DNA of 64,000 bases from Polymyxa betae A26-41 (Eukaryota > Protista > Endomyxa: Phytomyxea), in the NCBI GenBank assembly GCA_003693705.1, contig RBZT01000633.1, positions 124,001-188,000 of the forward strand, given 5' to 3'. A program made the position numbers and the translations under genes. Under the pieces are notes generated by a model. The model saw nothing but the letters and a program-made list of their open reading frames with translations, was not told the DNA's origin and ran no database searches. Positions 36,782-49,498 of this stretch are shown here, one piece after another (positions within the stretch are counted from its first letter, which is position 1; each line of letters begins with the position of its first letter).

Positions 36782-37402
36782 ATGGACGGCGTATCTGAGT
36801 CGGTGTCACGGCTGTGGCGAGCCCGAAGGACTGTGGCCCAGATGCTGTCTGACCGTAATTACCTGGTCGCAACCGAGGACACGCACATCACTCTAGATGA
36901 TTTCAAGAAGCGTTTTGGCGAGACGCCCGAACGAAACAAGCTGACCTTGCTCTGCCAGAAACGTGACGATCCGACCGATCAGATCTTCGTCTTCTTTGCC
37001 GATGAGGCCAAAGTCGGCGTCAAGACGATTCGTGGCTACGCCGAGATGATGGAATCGGAAAAGATCTTTCGCGCCATCGTCGTCGTTGAGCAGGGCATCA
37101 CGCCGTTTGCCAAGCAGGTGTTGCAGAATCTGGCGCCCAGGTTGCATATGGAGCAGTTCCATGAGTCCGAGCTCTTGGTGAACATCACCGAACACGTCCT
37201 GGTCCCGAAACACATCCTTCTGCAGCCGGATGAGAAGAAATCCCTGCTGGAGAAGTACACGCTCAAGGAGACGCAGCTACCGCGAATTCAGCTGCAGGAC
37301 CCTATCGCCAGATATTATGGCCTCAATCAAGGCGATGTGGTGAAGATTATCAGACCTAGTGAGACCGCTGGTAGATATATCACATATCGACTATCCATGT
37401 AG
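36782..37402 (+). CDS. RPB5: RNA polymerase I/II/III subunit RPABC1, intronless
   Basis: RLWRARRTVAQMLSDRNY..ELLVNITEHVLVPKH..QLPRIQLQDPIARYYGL..RPSETAGRYITYR. Confidence 0.97.
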   Translation: MDGVSESVSRLWRARRTVAQMLSDRNYLVATEDTHITLDDFKKRFGETPERNKLTLLCQKRDDPTDQIFVFFADEAKVGVKTIRGYAEMMESEKIFRAIVVVEQGITPFAKQVLQNLAPRLHMEQFHESELLVNITEHVLVPKHILLQPDEKKSLLEKYTLKETQLPRIQLQDPIARYYGLNQGDVVKIIRPSETAGRYITYRLSM

Positions 37403-37711
37403 TAATTCACCTCTAAATATATCTACTTTTCCTTATTCGTTTCCAATTTGTTGTCATTTCATGGAAACTGCACTCGAATGCGATTTTCAGGAAACCCCAT
37501 TTAGGAGTATCAAATTCTATCAGTCTAAATTCAGCTTTGTTTTTGACGAATCCATCGTTTCTTATGCTTGTCCAAGATGCCAGAACGGAAAGATTCAACA
37601 TACCTGTTTTAAATCATTTAATTACTGCTATTTGTGATTATTTACATCTGGAGGCAAGGCAGCCTAAACACCGATAATTCACCGCGACGTCTTATTAGAA
37701 CTCAATACGAT

Positions 37712-38121
37712 ATGTTCCATCAGCGTCTCGTTCTCATATCGCAGCGTCGGTTGCTGTCCACGACAAGTCAGGCAGAATCTAGCACCGACCGTCTCAAACG
37801 CTGCATCAAGCTCTACGGCCCTACAGCCATCGCCTGCCACATCGGCCTGTCTTTGACATCTCTAGCCGGATGGTGACAGAGCACAACTATAGACGAACTT
37901 GATTGCTAAATGATTGTAGGTATGGGGTTGTCTCTTATGGAGTTGATGTCGTCCATATCTTAGAACAATTTGGCGTTCCCGAATCGTCGATCGCTTCCAA
38001 TACAGGGACATTTGCCTTGGCTTATCTCATCCATAAAATGACAGTGCCGGTTCGTGTCCCTTTGACACTGGCTGCCACTCCCTACTTCGCGAAGTATGCA
38101 CCGAAATTCCTGCAGAAATGA
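37712..38121 (+). CDS. FAM210B/DUF1279-like mitochondrial membrane protein, 2 exons
   Basis: Presequence, LKRCIKLYGPTAIACHIGLSL..GVDV..GTFALAYLIHKMTVPVRVPLTLAATP. Confidence 0.85.
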
Positions 38122-38559
38122 TATGACACATAGCGATTCTCTGTCGCATAATGCCCAAAGATTCCTTGCCTATTTGGCCTTTACAACTAACTAAATAACT
38201 CATTGAAATGGCCATTACCTGTGTCGCGCTAAGCGCTCTGATTCCAGCATATATTTGATCAGAAGTACGAAGGCTGACAGGTACCTGATTGTCACTTATG
38301 CGCAACCCGACCTGCTCTACGATCGCTTCTTCAGTGTCGATTTGGACTGTGTAACGGTTAGTTGGGGCGCCCCTGGAACCCCATTGTCTTGGGCTTTGCT
38401 GCTTTGGTCGCGCGTCCTCCTAACCCTGTTACACCCCTTACCCGGTCACAACAGTCTTCGATCGTCGCCGTCGTGGTCTGGATCGAGAAGAATCCTTGGT
38501 CTCGGTGCTCTTGCCCTTGTTCATAGGAGCGCTCATAATATAATTGGCTGCATTTCAGA

Positions 38560-40925
38560 ATGTGGAGTCGTGCGTTTCGTCTGACACATGGGACAAATCG
38601 CGTGAGGCTGGCGGCGCTCGGTGCTGTTGCCGGGACCACTCTGCTTTGGCCAAGATACAATGCCGATGCCTGTGGAATCGTCGCATACGTCGGGAACGAC
38701 AGTGCTTTGACGTATTTGTTAGAGGGATTGACTATTCTACAAAACCGAGGCTACGACTCGTGTGGAGTTGCTACCCTAGCGGACGATGCTGAGCACTCTC
38801 TGGTTACGACCAAATTCGCCTCCAGAGGCTCAACCTCGGACTCTATCGCTATTCTGAAGAAGGAAAGCCCTCCTAAACATAAAGGCCACCACATAGGTGT
38901 TGCACATACACGCTGGGCAACCCATGGTGGCAAGACAGATGAAAACGCTCACCCTCATAGTGATGCCAAGAAGCGAATTGCATTGGTGCATAACGGAACT
39001 ATTGAAAACTCTGACAAACTGAAACAAGAACTCATTGCCAAGGGCATTCAGTTTGATGGACAAACTGACACAGAGGTCATTGCCAAGTTGATCGGAGCCT
39101 ATCTAGACGACGGCCTTCCATTAATGGAAGCAGTCAAGACAACGCTTAGTCGGCTGCAGGGCACTTACGGTTTGGCTATCATCGCGAAAGACCAACCGGA
39201 TCAAATTATCGCTGCCAGAAATGGATCCCCTCTAGTTATTGGCATTGGGAAGGACCAGATGTTTGTCGCCAGTGAGCATACAGGTAAACTCCTGCATCTA
39301 GCTATAGATCGTAAATGTTGACCTGTTTGGTAGCCTTTGTCCGTCATACGAACGAGTACATTTCCTTAAACGATGGGGAAATTGCTGTTATTACTCCCAA
39401 GGATGTCGGCTTGGACAAATCGAGGATGGAACGCTCTGAGAAAGAGGACATTCTTCTTTCGCCTGAACCTTATCCTTACTGGACTATCCGAGGTACAAAC
39501 AATCATCTCGCTTAATTTTCCGTTGATAACTGTTTTAATAGAAATAATGGAACAACCTGAGGCTGTTGCTAGGGCGCTGAACTACGGTGGCAGGTTATGG
39601 TCCAGTGCCCGAGTCAGGCTTGGTGGTCTTGAATCCAATCAAAAAATGCTCATGAACATCCGTCATCTGACCATCTCTGCTTGTGGTACAAGGTTCGTAA
39701 TATTGAATTATCTTTAAAGAAAAGTGTGACCATCTTGCAGTTACTTTGCTGGGCAATATGGGGCCGCTCTAATGCGTCATGTCCATGCTTTTGATACTGT
39801 CCAAACTGTCGATGCTGCTGAACTGAACCTACCCTATCTTCCTCATCCTCATAATGAAGCCGGACTCTTGGTCATCTCTCAATCTGGAGAAACCAAAGAC
39901 GTGCATCGAGCAATAAAACTTGCTGAGGAACAGGATATCCCACGGTTCTCTGTTATCAACGCTGTTGGGTCTTTGATTGCCAGAACAACTCGCTGCGGTT
40001 TGTGAAAGAATCGCCATAGTTTTGTTGTTTTTTGAAAATATTTTCAGGTGTCTATGTTAATGCCGGTCGTGAACATGCTGTTGCATCGACTAAAGCTTTT
40101 ACAACTCAGGTTTGTATTCGAACTCCAGAGCCCACAGCTTATAACCTAGCTGAATTAGGTTACGGTCCTTGCACTGATCGCTGGGTGGTTTGCCCAAAAT
40201 CGTGAAGCTGACCCTAAAAGTCCGCTTGCGCTTCAACGTCGGCAGGAATTAGCCAATGCTTTGCATCGTTTACCCACTTATGTCGGTATGAGTTTACATG
40301 ACAGGGAGAATGTCCAAAAAATCGCTCAAAAAATCAAGGTATCTTGATTGTGGGCTGCCCAAAAATCTGATAATGTTGGCGACAGGATACCGAACACATC
40401 TTTGTTCTTGGCCGGGGCTTCGGAGAGCCTATTGCTCAAGAAGGCGCTTTAAAGATCAAAGAAATCACTTATATTCACGCTGAAGTATGGATGCTCTCTC
40501 TGTGTTGCATAAAGTTCACTTACCAAAATATAGGGCTACTCAGGCGGTGCTTTGAAACATGGCCCGTTTGCCTTGATTGAGCAAGGGACTCCAATTATTA
40601 TGTTAATTCTAGACGACCAGAACGCATCCTTTATGCGAACAGCAGCCGCAGAGGTTTCTTCTATCTTGGGTCTGACCATCTTCGTTGTCACTAAGAATTA
40701 TATCTTTAGGTTCGAGCTCGTGGAGCTCATACTATTGTAATCACTGACAACCCATCGCTTGCTGCTGATATAGCTGACGATACCATATTTATTCCTTCGA
40801 ATGGTCCTTTGACAGCTCTTTTGGGTGTGGTCCCTCTGCAACTGCTCGCATATGAGCTTGCCATTGCTCGTGGAATTGATCCTGATAAGCCCAAGAACTT
40901 GGCCAAGGCTGTCACTGTCGATTAA
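38560..40925 (+). CDS. glmS: Glutamine-fructose-6-phosphate aminotransferase (GlmS/GFAT) with a 37-aa N-terminal leader, 9 exons
   Basis: [64 protein letters not shown]; eight GT-AG introns. Confidence 0.96.
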
Positions 40926-41319
40926 ATATTCTTGTAAATACCGCAACCTTTTCGACTCCTGTAAAATTATTCCGGAATGTGCGAAAAATACTAAAATGTG
41001 ATATTAAAATTGGATTTCTGTTTCATGAATGAAGGCACGCGTCTCTAACAAGCTATTCAACAGCTCTGTGCTGAAGCGTGGCGTTGTTGGCGGCATAGAG
41101 GACGATTTCCGGTGCGGTGCCAAGCAATCAAAGGAGCTGAGCTATATCTTGATTGATATAGAGACAGAGCCACGGATCGGACCTTGGGCTGGGAGTGGTC
41201 CTGGTGAAAGTTTACCTGGTGGCCACGCTCACGTCTGGACGCCAGGGCAGATCGCAGAGGCAAGCCAGGCAGGGGTGGATTGGGCTAACGTGATCTCTCC
41301 CACAAGCCCATAACAGTCA

Positions 41320-42647
41320 ATGCCACCTGTCCAGTCAGTACATGAGCATGAATCCACATCCGAGCCAGCTTTAGAAGTCCCCACTGATCACGATACATCT
41401 CAGGTCTTATTCGTCATTTCCTTTTGCATACATTAGATTGAATCAATGTAGCCGGTCATCCCATCGCCAGTCGTCGGCTTCTCTCTTGCTACCCCCAAGA
41501 CTGGTCCTGAGCAGGCGCCCTTTTATGTCAACTTCTCGCCATTGTTTACAAGCACGCCACAGCAATGCAATGGCATCCAGCAGCCAATCCCCATCAATCT
41601 GGCTGGTGGTGGCATGATGCGTTCACCAAGGCTAGAGGCTTTAGCCGCTCTTGCGAAATCTGCATCCAGTCAACCAATGGCATCGATATTTTCACCTCCT
41701 GCACTCTACTCGATACCACCATCGACCGCTACAGAGTTTGCCCAGCCTAGTATGGACGAAACTCATACAGCTAGCCCTTTTGCTATAGCCCCACAACAGC
41801 AAAATGAGATGTCTATGCTGGAAAGATACCAGAGATATGCGGACGAGCACCGACCGGGTGAGCGTTGCGATCGATAATCAAACCAGGCCTTTGACTGATT
41901 TGCTACAGAACTGGATATCGAATCTACGCCAAAACGTAGGCGAGTATATGACAACTTAGATGATTCGTCATCCCAAATATGGGCTTTACCTGCCCAGCAA
42001 ACTTTTGTTGAAGAATATCAGAATGAAGTATCTCAACCCGCAGTCATTCTCAATGTGGGATTCACCTGTCATCAATTGCACATTATTTATTTGTATCACA
42101 GAAGGGTACCGAAGAGAATGCCGCCACTTTCAATCAGAGGATGACGCCCAAGACCAAAGTTCCTGTCGGAGCTGGTGGCAGTAGCTGTCATCAGTGCAAA
42201 AACAGACGAGAAGCTAACCAGCTCAACTTCTGTAGAAATCGTATTCGGTCTGAAACCAATCCCAAAAGAAAGGTATGCTTGCTGAGTTAGGTTCGTCATC
42301 TGACCTTTCTTCTGTTGTAGATCTGCAGGAAGAAATTCTGCGATCACTGTTTGGTTAAGTTCAGGTATAATCAGGTAGTGCCCCGAGGGAATAAAGACAT
42401 GGCTGATTGGGAATGTCCTTCGTGCTTGGGAATCTGTGTTTGTGCGGCCTGCAAACGCAAAGCTGTAAGTACAACGATGTGATGATCAAGTACAGGTGAC
42501 TTACGATCACGTTAGGATCCTAGCCTACAATTCAGACCAGAAATGAACAAAGATCCTCAAGAATATACTGTCACAATGTCGTTTGCACACAAGCTTTTGA
42601 CTGATCCCACCCTCATCTCTCATGCACAATCTTCCAATACCTTATGA
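41320..42647 (+). CDS. zf-4CXXC_R1 (CDCA7/JMJD1-type zinc finger) protein, multi-exon
   Basis: SSCHQCK..C..CRKKFCDHCL..RY..WECPSCLGICVCAACKRK; disordered N-terminus. Confidence 0.85.
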
Positions 42648-42881
42648 ATTAGATTTAGTTGGATGAAAACCGCAACTCAATGTCTAACGTATGATAACCA
42701 AGCGGTAAATTGAACCAGGTTATCTCTTGAGATGGATTTTCGTCATCTCATTCTCAGGTGCGGTAATAAATATTTATTCTGTATGTAAAGTCTTTGTGGC
42801 ATCAGTAACGACGTGTATGGATGGCGATGATAATTTTATCCACTAATACGAACCAGAAGAATCCAATCGAAGGGCCTTCGG

Positions 42882-45145
42882 ATGGACCTGAGACGTGAGT
42901 CATCGATCATTTGGCAAGGTCAATCAATGCCATCGGAAAACACCAGAACGATGTCGAAGTTTTCTCCAAAAATCCCCATGAAGCTCATAAACCCAGTTTT
43001 CCTGAAACGAATGCGAACTCTCTTCCGCCTGATTGGTCTTGCTGTAGTCTTCGATCGTCTGATGCTTGCATTAGAGAGGACATTCATGACCGCCTCTACT
43101 TTAGATGGCGGTAATGAAGCGCATTACGTTCTAGTATTCAACAATCGTTGCAAGAAATCCGATAAACGGCGTCAGGCGAAACTATCCCAGAAGAAGCGCC
43201 TTCTATCCGAGCTCCATGAAATCGGACTACAAACTGAAGAAATCAACTCTTCGTTTTGGAACGATACCGACTCAGAGGATGTCAGCGTGTATGCAGTTCG
43301 GTCAACATATGATGCTCTAATCCATTATGCAAAGCAAATGGATCTCAAGAAGCGCATCAAATCTACTGGAGCTCTGGTCCCATTCGACGCCTCCATTGGT
43401 CGCAAGTTTGCCGGCTATGCTCCTGGTGATGCCTCCTTGTTCACACAAACTGAACAGCAACGTATCACATTGTTCGCGATGCGCTCGATCCGGTACGACG
43501 ACGGCCGTGATCTGCTGAGCGTTGCCCAGCATAGCGGTGTTCTGAAACAGGTGTTTCCTTTATCCGATCCAGTTCAAGCTCGGGAGATTCTATGGTCGTG
43601 GTCCAAGGCGCCAGGCTCACTTCCTGTCATCAAACAAATCGCTGACTATTTCGGTACAGAGATTGCTTTCAGTTTCGTCTGGTTAGCAGCATATACTCGA
43701 TTCCTCTGGTTGCCGGCTCTGATCGGTGTTATCGTTCATCTGCTCGCTAATGATACGGCTGATGATCTCTGGTCCATGACATTCGCCGCCATTATGCCCA
43801 TCTTCGCCACCATCTTCCTCGAGCAATGGAAACGCCGCTCCAGTCGTCTCCAATACGAGCTGGGCGTGCACGATCTGGAGAGCTTTGAGCGTCCCCGTCC
43901 AGAATACAACCCTCAGGCGATCCGAATTCCGTGGACATCGTTGCAGATGACGCCGCGAGTTCGTAAGGCGATCATAACGGTGGCATCATTCCCCGTCATG
44001 GCCATCTTACTGATGGGTACCGCCGTAGCCATGCTGGTTCAGTTCCAGACACAGGAATTTCTGCAACGTAATCGTCCCGGATCCATGCTGGTCCATGCGC
44101 CATCCGTGCTGTTCAGTATCGTTCTGCCTCTACTCAATGAGGTTTATGTGAGAGTAACGACCTGGATCACCGATCTGGAGAATCACCGAACCCAGACGTC
44201 GTACCGATCCGCATTACTAACCCGACATATCGTATTGACATGTACGAGCTCATTTATGTCACTGTTCTATCTGCTGTTTTGGGTTCAAGACCTGGGGCGG
44301 GTACGTCAGCAACTAGCTGCACTATTGGTCTCATCACAACTTATCGGACAGTTCAAGGTTGGTTGGGTTTTGGATGCTTGATGCGATTCAGGGTTTTAGG
44401 GTTTGTACAGGAGGTTGGTTTGCCTGCTATCAATGGTATCGCCCGAGCTGTTCGCTCGAAGAAGACGTCCGATGAACTGCGACGTGATCGGGATCGGCTA
44501 CGTGCTGGACGTCGTGTTTCAGTCGACAGTCATACTGGACTGCGAAATATTCCCGCTATCGAAGATGAATCTGTCCGGGAACGTTTTCCCAATACTGACG
44601 ACGACTACTCGGAGATGATCATCCAGTTCGGCTATGTACGTGCGGTGTCGTACCAGCCCCCGCCGGGCATCCTCTCTGACATGAATGATTAGGTGTTCTT
44701 ATTTGGGTGGAGCTGGCCCTTAGCTGCCCTCTGTGCATTATTGAATAACCTGACAGAGATCCGGACCGATTGTTTCAAATTATGTATTGTTATGCAGAAA
44801 CCCGAATCACGTTCTGCTAATAATATTGGTGTGTGGTATTATGCATTAGAAGCTATTACTGTAGCAGCAGTGCTTACTAATACTGCTTTTATGTTCCTAC
44901 GTATATGTACTGGACAATCAGATGCATTCTTACCTGGATATGGAATCGGGGCGAAATTGGCTCTTATCATCATATTGGAACATGTGATCCTATTTGCGAA
45001 ATTTGCATTGGATTGGATGATATCAGATATACCAAGCGATATTCGTGATCAAATACATAGACATCAAGTGGACTTTGCAAGAGATCAAACACGACAATTG
45101 ATGGGATCTCGATCTTCAATCATCGAGAAAGCCAAAACTGCATAA
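42882..45145 (+). CDS. Anoctamin/TMEM16 (ANO10-like scramblase); start may be near 43087
   Basis: IADYFGTEIAF, FLEQWKR, TDLENHRTQTSY, DDYSEMIIQFGYV.LF, NNLTEIRTD.FK, IILEHV. Confidence 0.93.
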
Positions 45146-45351
45146 TCCACAAAATTCCCATAAAAACTCCTCACACATTTCTGACATCGACTTTACAATC
45201 GTGAAATGTCGCACGAATCAAATCGAGATCGTTCTCTTTGTCTATCTTAATCAGAATCTTCGATCGCGACCAAGGTACCCCCCGTTAGTCATCATCGGAT
45301 CCCGGGAGGAGGGGGGCCTGTATCAACGCACCAGGCGCCGTACTGGTCCCG

Positions 45352-48300
45352 ATGGCCGACTCCACTACCAAGGTGGCATTACGGATCCGTGTCGAATTAG
45401 ACGATGGCCAGTTCGTCATGGTTCCAGTACGGCTGGGCGTTCCACCCCGGACGCAGGCCGAGCTGATCCAGAGCCAGTACGGCCAGCCCGCCGAACTCGT
45501 CGATGTCCTGGCAGGTCGTATTCAGGCCGCCCTTGACGACGCCCATCCGGCGCAATCCAACGCCCGTCGCCTGATCCGAGACGGCGTCGATGCCGCCCAG
45601 GACGTCGCCGAGCTCAGCTATCGCGAGTTCCCGCTGCGCCTCGACGAGACCGACGACGACGACGAATCGGATTGCGACGACGGCCAGGACGGCGGCTGGG
45701 AACCGCGGCGGCCATCGCCTGCCGGGCAGCGCAATGCCGGCGATGATCTGGTCGTACACGTCATGATCAACGATCACGACGAGGCCGTCTTAACTGTTGG
45801 ACACGGGGACGCCATCGCCGCCGCTGTCGACGAGTTCGTGGTCCAGCACGGCCTGTCCGCGTCTAAACGTCAGCTATTAACAGATCATGTTCTTGCACAT
45901 TTACCAATGGAGAGTATTGGCGCTCATACAATCGTAGCGGTTGTCACAGTTATGGTTCAAGATCGCTTTCTAGATCGTCTGGAGATCAGATCTCATGACG
46001 ATCTCGTTCAACGACTTCAGGTCTGGCAGCATCCCGTTTCTATCAAATGTGCCGGATGTCGTCTGATGATTTGGATCGTTCAGGAAATCGGAGATCGTAA
46101 TGAGTTCACACCGGTCCAACGGCGTCGTCTAACAGCCAGTCTGTTCGTGAACATGGAGCGTATTGAACTCAGTCTGGATCGTGATCGATGTCCAGCCACA
46201 TTTGTGATCCGCCTGGATGCGGGTGCTGGAGGCAGTACGACCCAGCTGGACGATGTTCTCTGCGATGACGATCTCATGTCCATGCTGAATGTTGATAAAG
46301 TTTTGGCATTCTGTGATCGTCGTCAAGTTGCGACGCGATCCCAACAACGCCATTCATTGGTTCAGGCGATCGCTGCCAGCCGACAACCAAACCCGGCCAC
46401 AGCCACCGCCGCCGTCATCGTCGATACCCCTCCGGAGCCCTGTTTATCGCTCAAGACCAGCACGGACATGTTCGAGCTCTTCAACGGCGACGACGTCCTC
46501 GATAAAATCGGCGCTTTTGCCGACCGCCACCTGCTCGACGATGATGCCCGCCTTGATCTGATCGCCGACGTCCTGTGTGCCCTATCGCAGCTATCTTCAT
46601 TCGACGCTGACTCCGCCCTGCAATTCGCTGATCGTCATCGTCTCAGCTGTGATCGACAAGCGCGACTTCTTCTCATCCATGAAATTGAACGTTTCCGATC
46701 GAGGAGTGCACCAACACCCTCTCAGGCGCCCTCCTTCAACAGCCGCCCGCAAATGCCAAAACCACATCGAAGATCACGATCAAGTCAATCGCAGGTGTTT
46801 CATCGGCTTTATGCTGAGCATTTGATACGTAGAAGGAAACATGAAAATAGTGAGACACGACATGAAAGGAAACCATCATCAGCTCGTAGTGCTGTTTGCG
46901 ATCGTCTCTATACTGAAGGTCGGCATCTGTTTATTCTGGATTGTGTTATTTCCAACATTATAAGACGATGTTTGCTCTGGATTCATTTTCTGTTTCTGCT
47001 CCTCAACGTGATAGTTAATTGAGTGTAACGTAACCTGTCATGTTCAGGTCTGAAATTTCTGCATCGTCGTAATCAGTCGTCTACGACGTCCATCAGTCTG
47101 GATGATGAGCTCACATTCCGACCTCACGTTGCATCCGATACGAAGCGACATCATCGGCGTCAGTTCTCATCTGGACGGACGTCATCCCGCACGCAGCAAC
47201 GTCAATTACAATATCTTATTGAACGCCAACACCAAGAGTACGAGCTCGTTCGTACTGGTCCCGTATAACCATTGACATCTGTTTGTAGAATGTCGGCCTG
47301 TACATTCCGTCCCGAAATTCGCAGCGATTTTCAGCCCCCTCAGGGACCAGTTCATGAGCGTCTCTATCGTGATGGGCAGGCACGATCGCAGCGCCAGGCC
47401 GCCCGGCAAGCTGTCGCCGAGGAAATCCAGCATGACAACCGCAACGGCTCCGATCCGAATTTCGTCGATCGGCTCCATAACCACAATGTCTATCAGAAGC
47501 AGGTAATACCGACCCTGGGTTGTCGGGGTGCGATCTGTGTGAATGAATGCCTTAATAGGCAATCGAATCATTTCGGAAGCGATATCATGATTTTGATGCG
47601 GATGGAAATCGCCTGTTTAATATCAGTGATTATATGGGAAATTCAACGCCACGAATGGAGCCGTCTCGGGTCGCCGACTATCTCTATTCGACGCCAACGC
47701 AGGCATCGCGACCGCCGGAATCCTCTTCGTCACTGCCACTTTCCAATCCGATTGAGGCGCGCTCTAACACCATTATCCGAAAGGTTGGCTACAATATTGA
47801 AGACCGGCAATCGAGCTGAACGATCTTAGGCTATTCAGAGCCGACTTCGACGATTGTATGCAGTATTGATGCATGATGGTGTTATTGATAGTCTGAGCGC
47901 ATTACGAATTAAGAGCGATCAGAGTCAGATTCCTCGACATTTGAGGACATTGGTAAAGGATGTTGTCACTGAAGGGACCAGTCAAGGAAGGACTATGAAT
48001 TTCGATCAGTTCTCTAAACAGGTCCTACAAGCATGTCAATGTACAGGTGTACTTCCATCAGATTTCATTGAGTCCAGGGTATTTACATTGTTGTGGTCGA
48101 CCATAGAATTGAATAGTCAATCAATTATACAGAAGTCGGAAGGAACCAACGAACCTGCTGTGAAGAAATCAGTAAAGAAGAAGCCAGAACGTGACGTCTT
48201 CAATGAGTTATATCGAGGATCTCGAACCTTGAAAGACAGAAGATTTGTGCTACAGTATAAAGCAATGGCTTTAGAATCAGGTAAGAGCAAAATTATGGAG

Positions 48301-48390
48301 TTTGGTCACTGTCCTGAGACGAGCTTAGCGAGGAGTTCGTCCGAGGATCGACGAGACAAACACATTTCAGGATCATTAACAGCGAGATAG
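45352..48390 (+). CDS. Large protein with tandem PFU-like repeats, 'RLY' motifs and a degenerate EF-hand region; exon structure uncertain
   Basis: 556-aa ORF plus downstream exons; repeated beta-beta-alpha-alpha units; VFHRLY, VCDRLY, VHERLY, VFNELY, CTFRPEI. Confidence 0.65.
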
Positions 48391-48448
48391 AGAACTGATC
48401 ATTGATTTACAATAAATATTAAAGGATAGGTCTACAATCTGTATATCG

Positions 48449-49498
48449 CTAGTGGTCATCTGTAATATCGCGGCCGGAATGCACGATGATTCGATCATCG
48501 CCACCTGCTTCAAGATTACTGATCCCGTGCTCGATATTGGGATGCGTGAAAATGGCATTGGTTGAATTCCTTTTACGTTCAAAGAACGGGAATTTTCGAT
48601 TACTTGTAACTAGCATATATATGGACCAGATGGCGATGATGGCGGCAGCAACAATCTTGACGATATTGAACGAATGGTATAGAAGCAGCGACGAAAAGCT
48701 TCTCGGAATGAATTCCGTATTCGGATACGATGGTGCAGACAGCACAATAATGGTTTCCTGTAGGATGACGGGAACAAAAACGAGCCATATGATCCCTGCC
48801 AATATCACAATCCATCGCATAAGCCGTCCCGCTCGCAAACGAATCTGTAAAGAGACCGCACTGCTGATACCCATTTCGACATTCGACATTCGCTTCACAA
48901 TACCATAGGCGAAGATCGCAGCTGAACCATATGTAGCAGCCAGCGTAATAATTGTCAATAGTAGAGGAATACCTTTCAAATAGCGAGTATAGCGATGGGA
49001 CAATGTCAGTTGCAGTAAAGGAATGCCAATCCAGACAATAACAGCGATGCATTGGCTGATGCTATAGATGCGAGTAATCAGACTAATATGAGATAAGCCG
49101 CTGTCGCTGAGAAGCAGCATACTTCGCATCGATCGGAAAACGAAACTTAGCGCTACCGAGAGCAGAATTAATGAGGTGAATGCTGAGCCAAGATCGAGCA
49201 TGGGAGTGCTAATAAGCCCATAGTATCCCAATGGGTCAGGAGTTAGTAAAACAAACACAATCATAGAGCTTGCAATACGAATCAGTACAGGATCTGGTCT
49301 ATTCAACGATGGGAGAGCGACTGGCCTATTCCTATTGCACTTCCATGCAATTGATGCAAAAGTGGGTACAGCAACGGTGGTTGTCAAAACCGAATAAAGC
49401 AGAACATAATTGGAATATATCGATCCAAGCTGGTCCGCTATTGTAGCCGTACATGAAGGTGGTATTAATGGAAACTGGCAAGATGCTCTGGCCGCCAT
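48449..49498 (-). CDS. Intronless 7-TM (GPCR-like) protein
   Basis: Seven hydrophobic segments with a short Cys-containing N-terminus and a polar C-tail; ATG at 49498. Confidence 0.65.
   Translation of the reverse strand: MAARASCQFPLIPPSCTATIADQLGSIYSNYVLLYSVLTTTVAVPTFASIAWKCNRNRPVALPSLNRPDPVLIRIASSMIVFVLLTPDPLGYYGLISTPMLDLGSAFTSLILLSVALSFVFRSMRSMLLLSDSGLSHISLITRIYSISQCIAVIVWIGIPLLQLTLSHRYTRYLKGIPLLLTIITLAATYGSAAIFAYGIVKRMSNVEMGISSAVSLQIRLRAGRLMRWIVILAGIIWLVFVPVILQETIIVLSAPSYPNTEFIPRSFSSLLLYHSFNIVKIVAAAIIAIWSIYMLVTSNRKFPFFERKRNSTNAIFTHPNIEHGISNLEAGGDDRIIVHSGRDITDDH

Noticed and set aside
38330-38559. glmS ribozyme in the GFAT 5' region
   Set aside because: GGCGCC and a small hairpin are present, but the conserved core (AGCGCC..GACGAGG) is absent.
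41029-41313. 94-aa ORF ending 6 nt before the zinc-finger gene (uORF or small gene)
   Set aside because: No recognisable motif or splice support; it cannot be told apart from a chance ORF.
44391-44405. Interstitial telomere in an anoctamin intron (gggttttagggttt)
   Set aside because: Fewer than two repeat units; compatible with chance.
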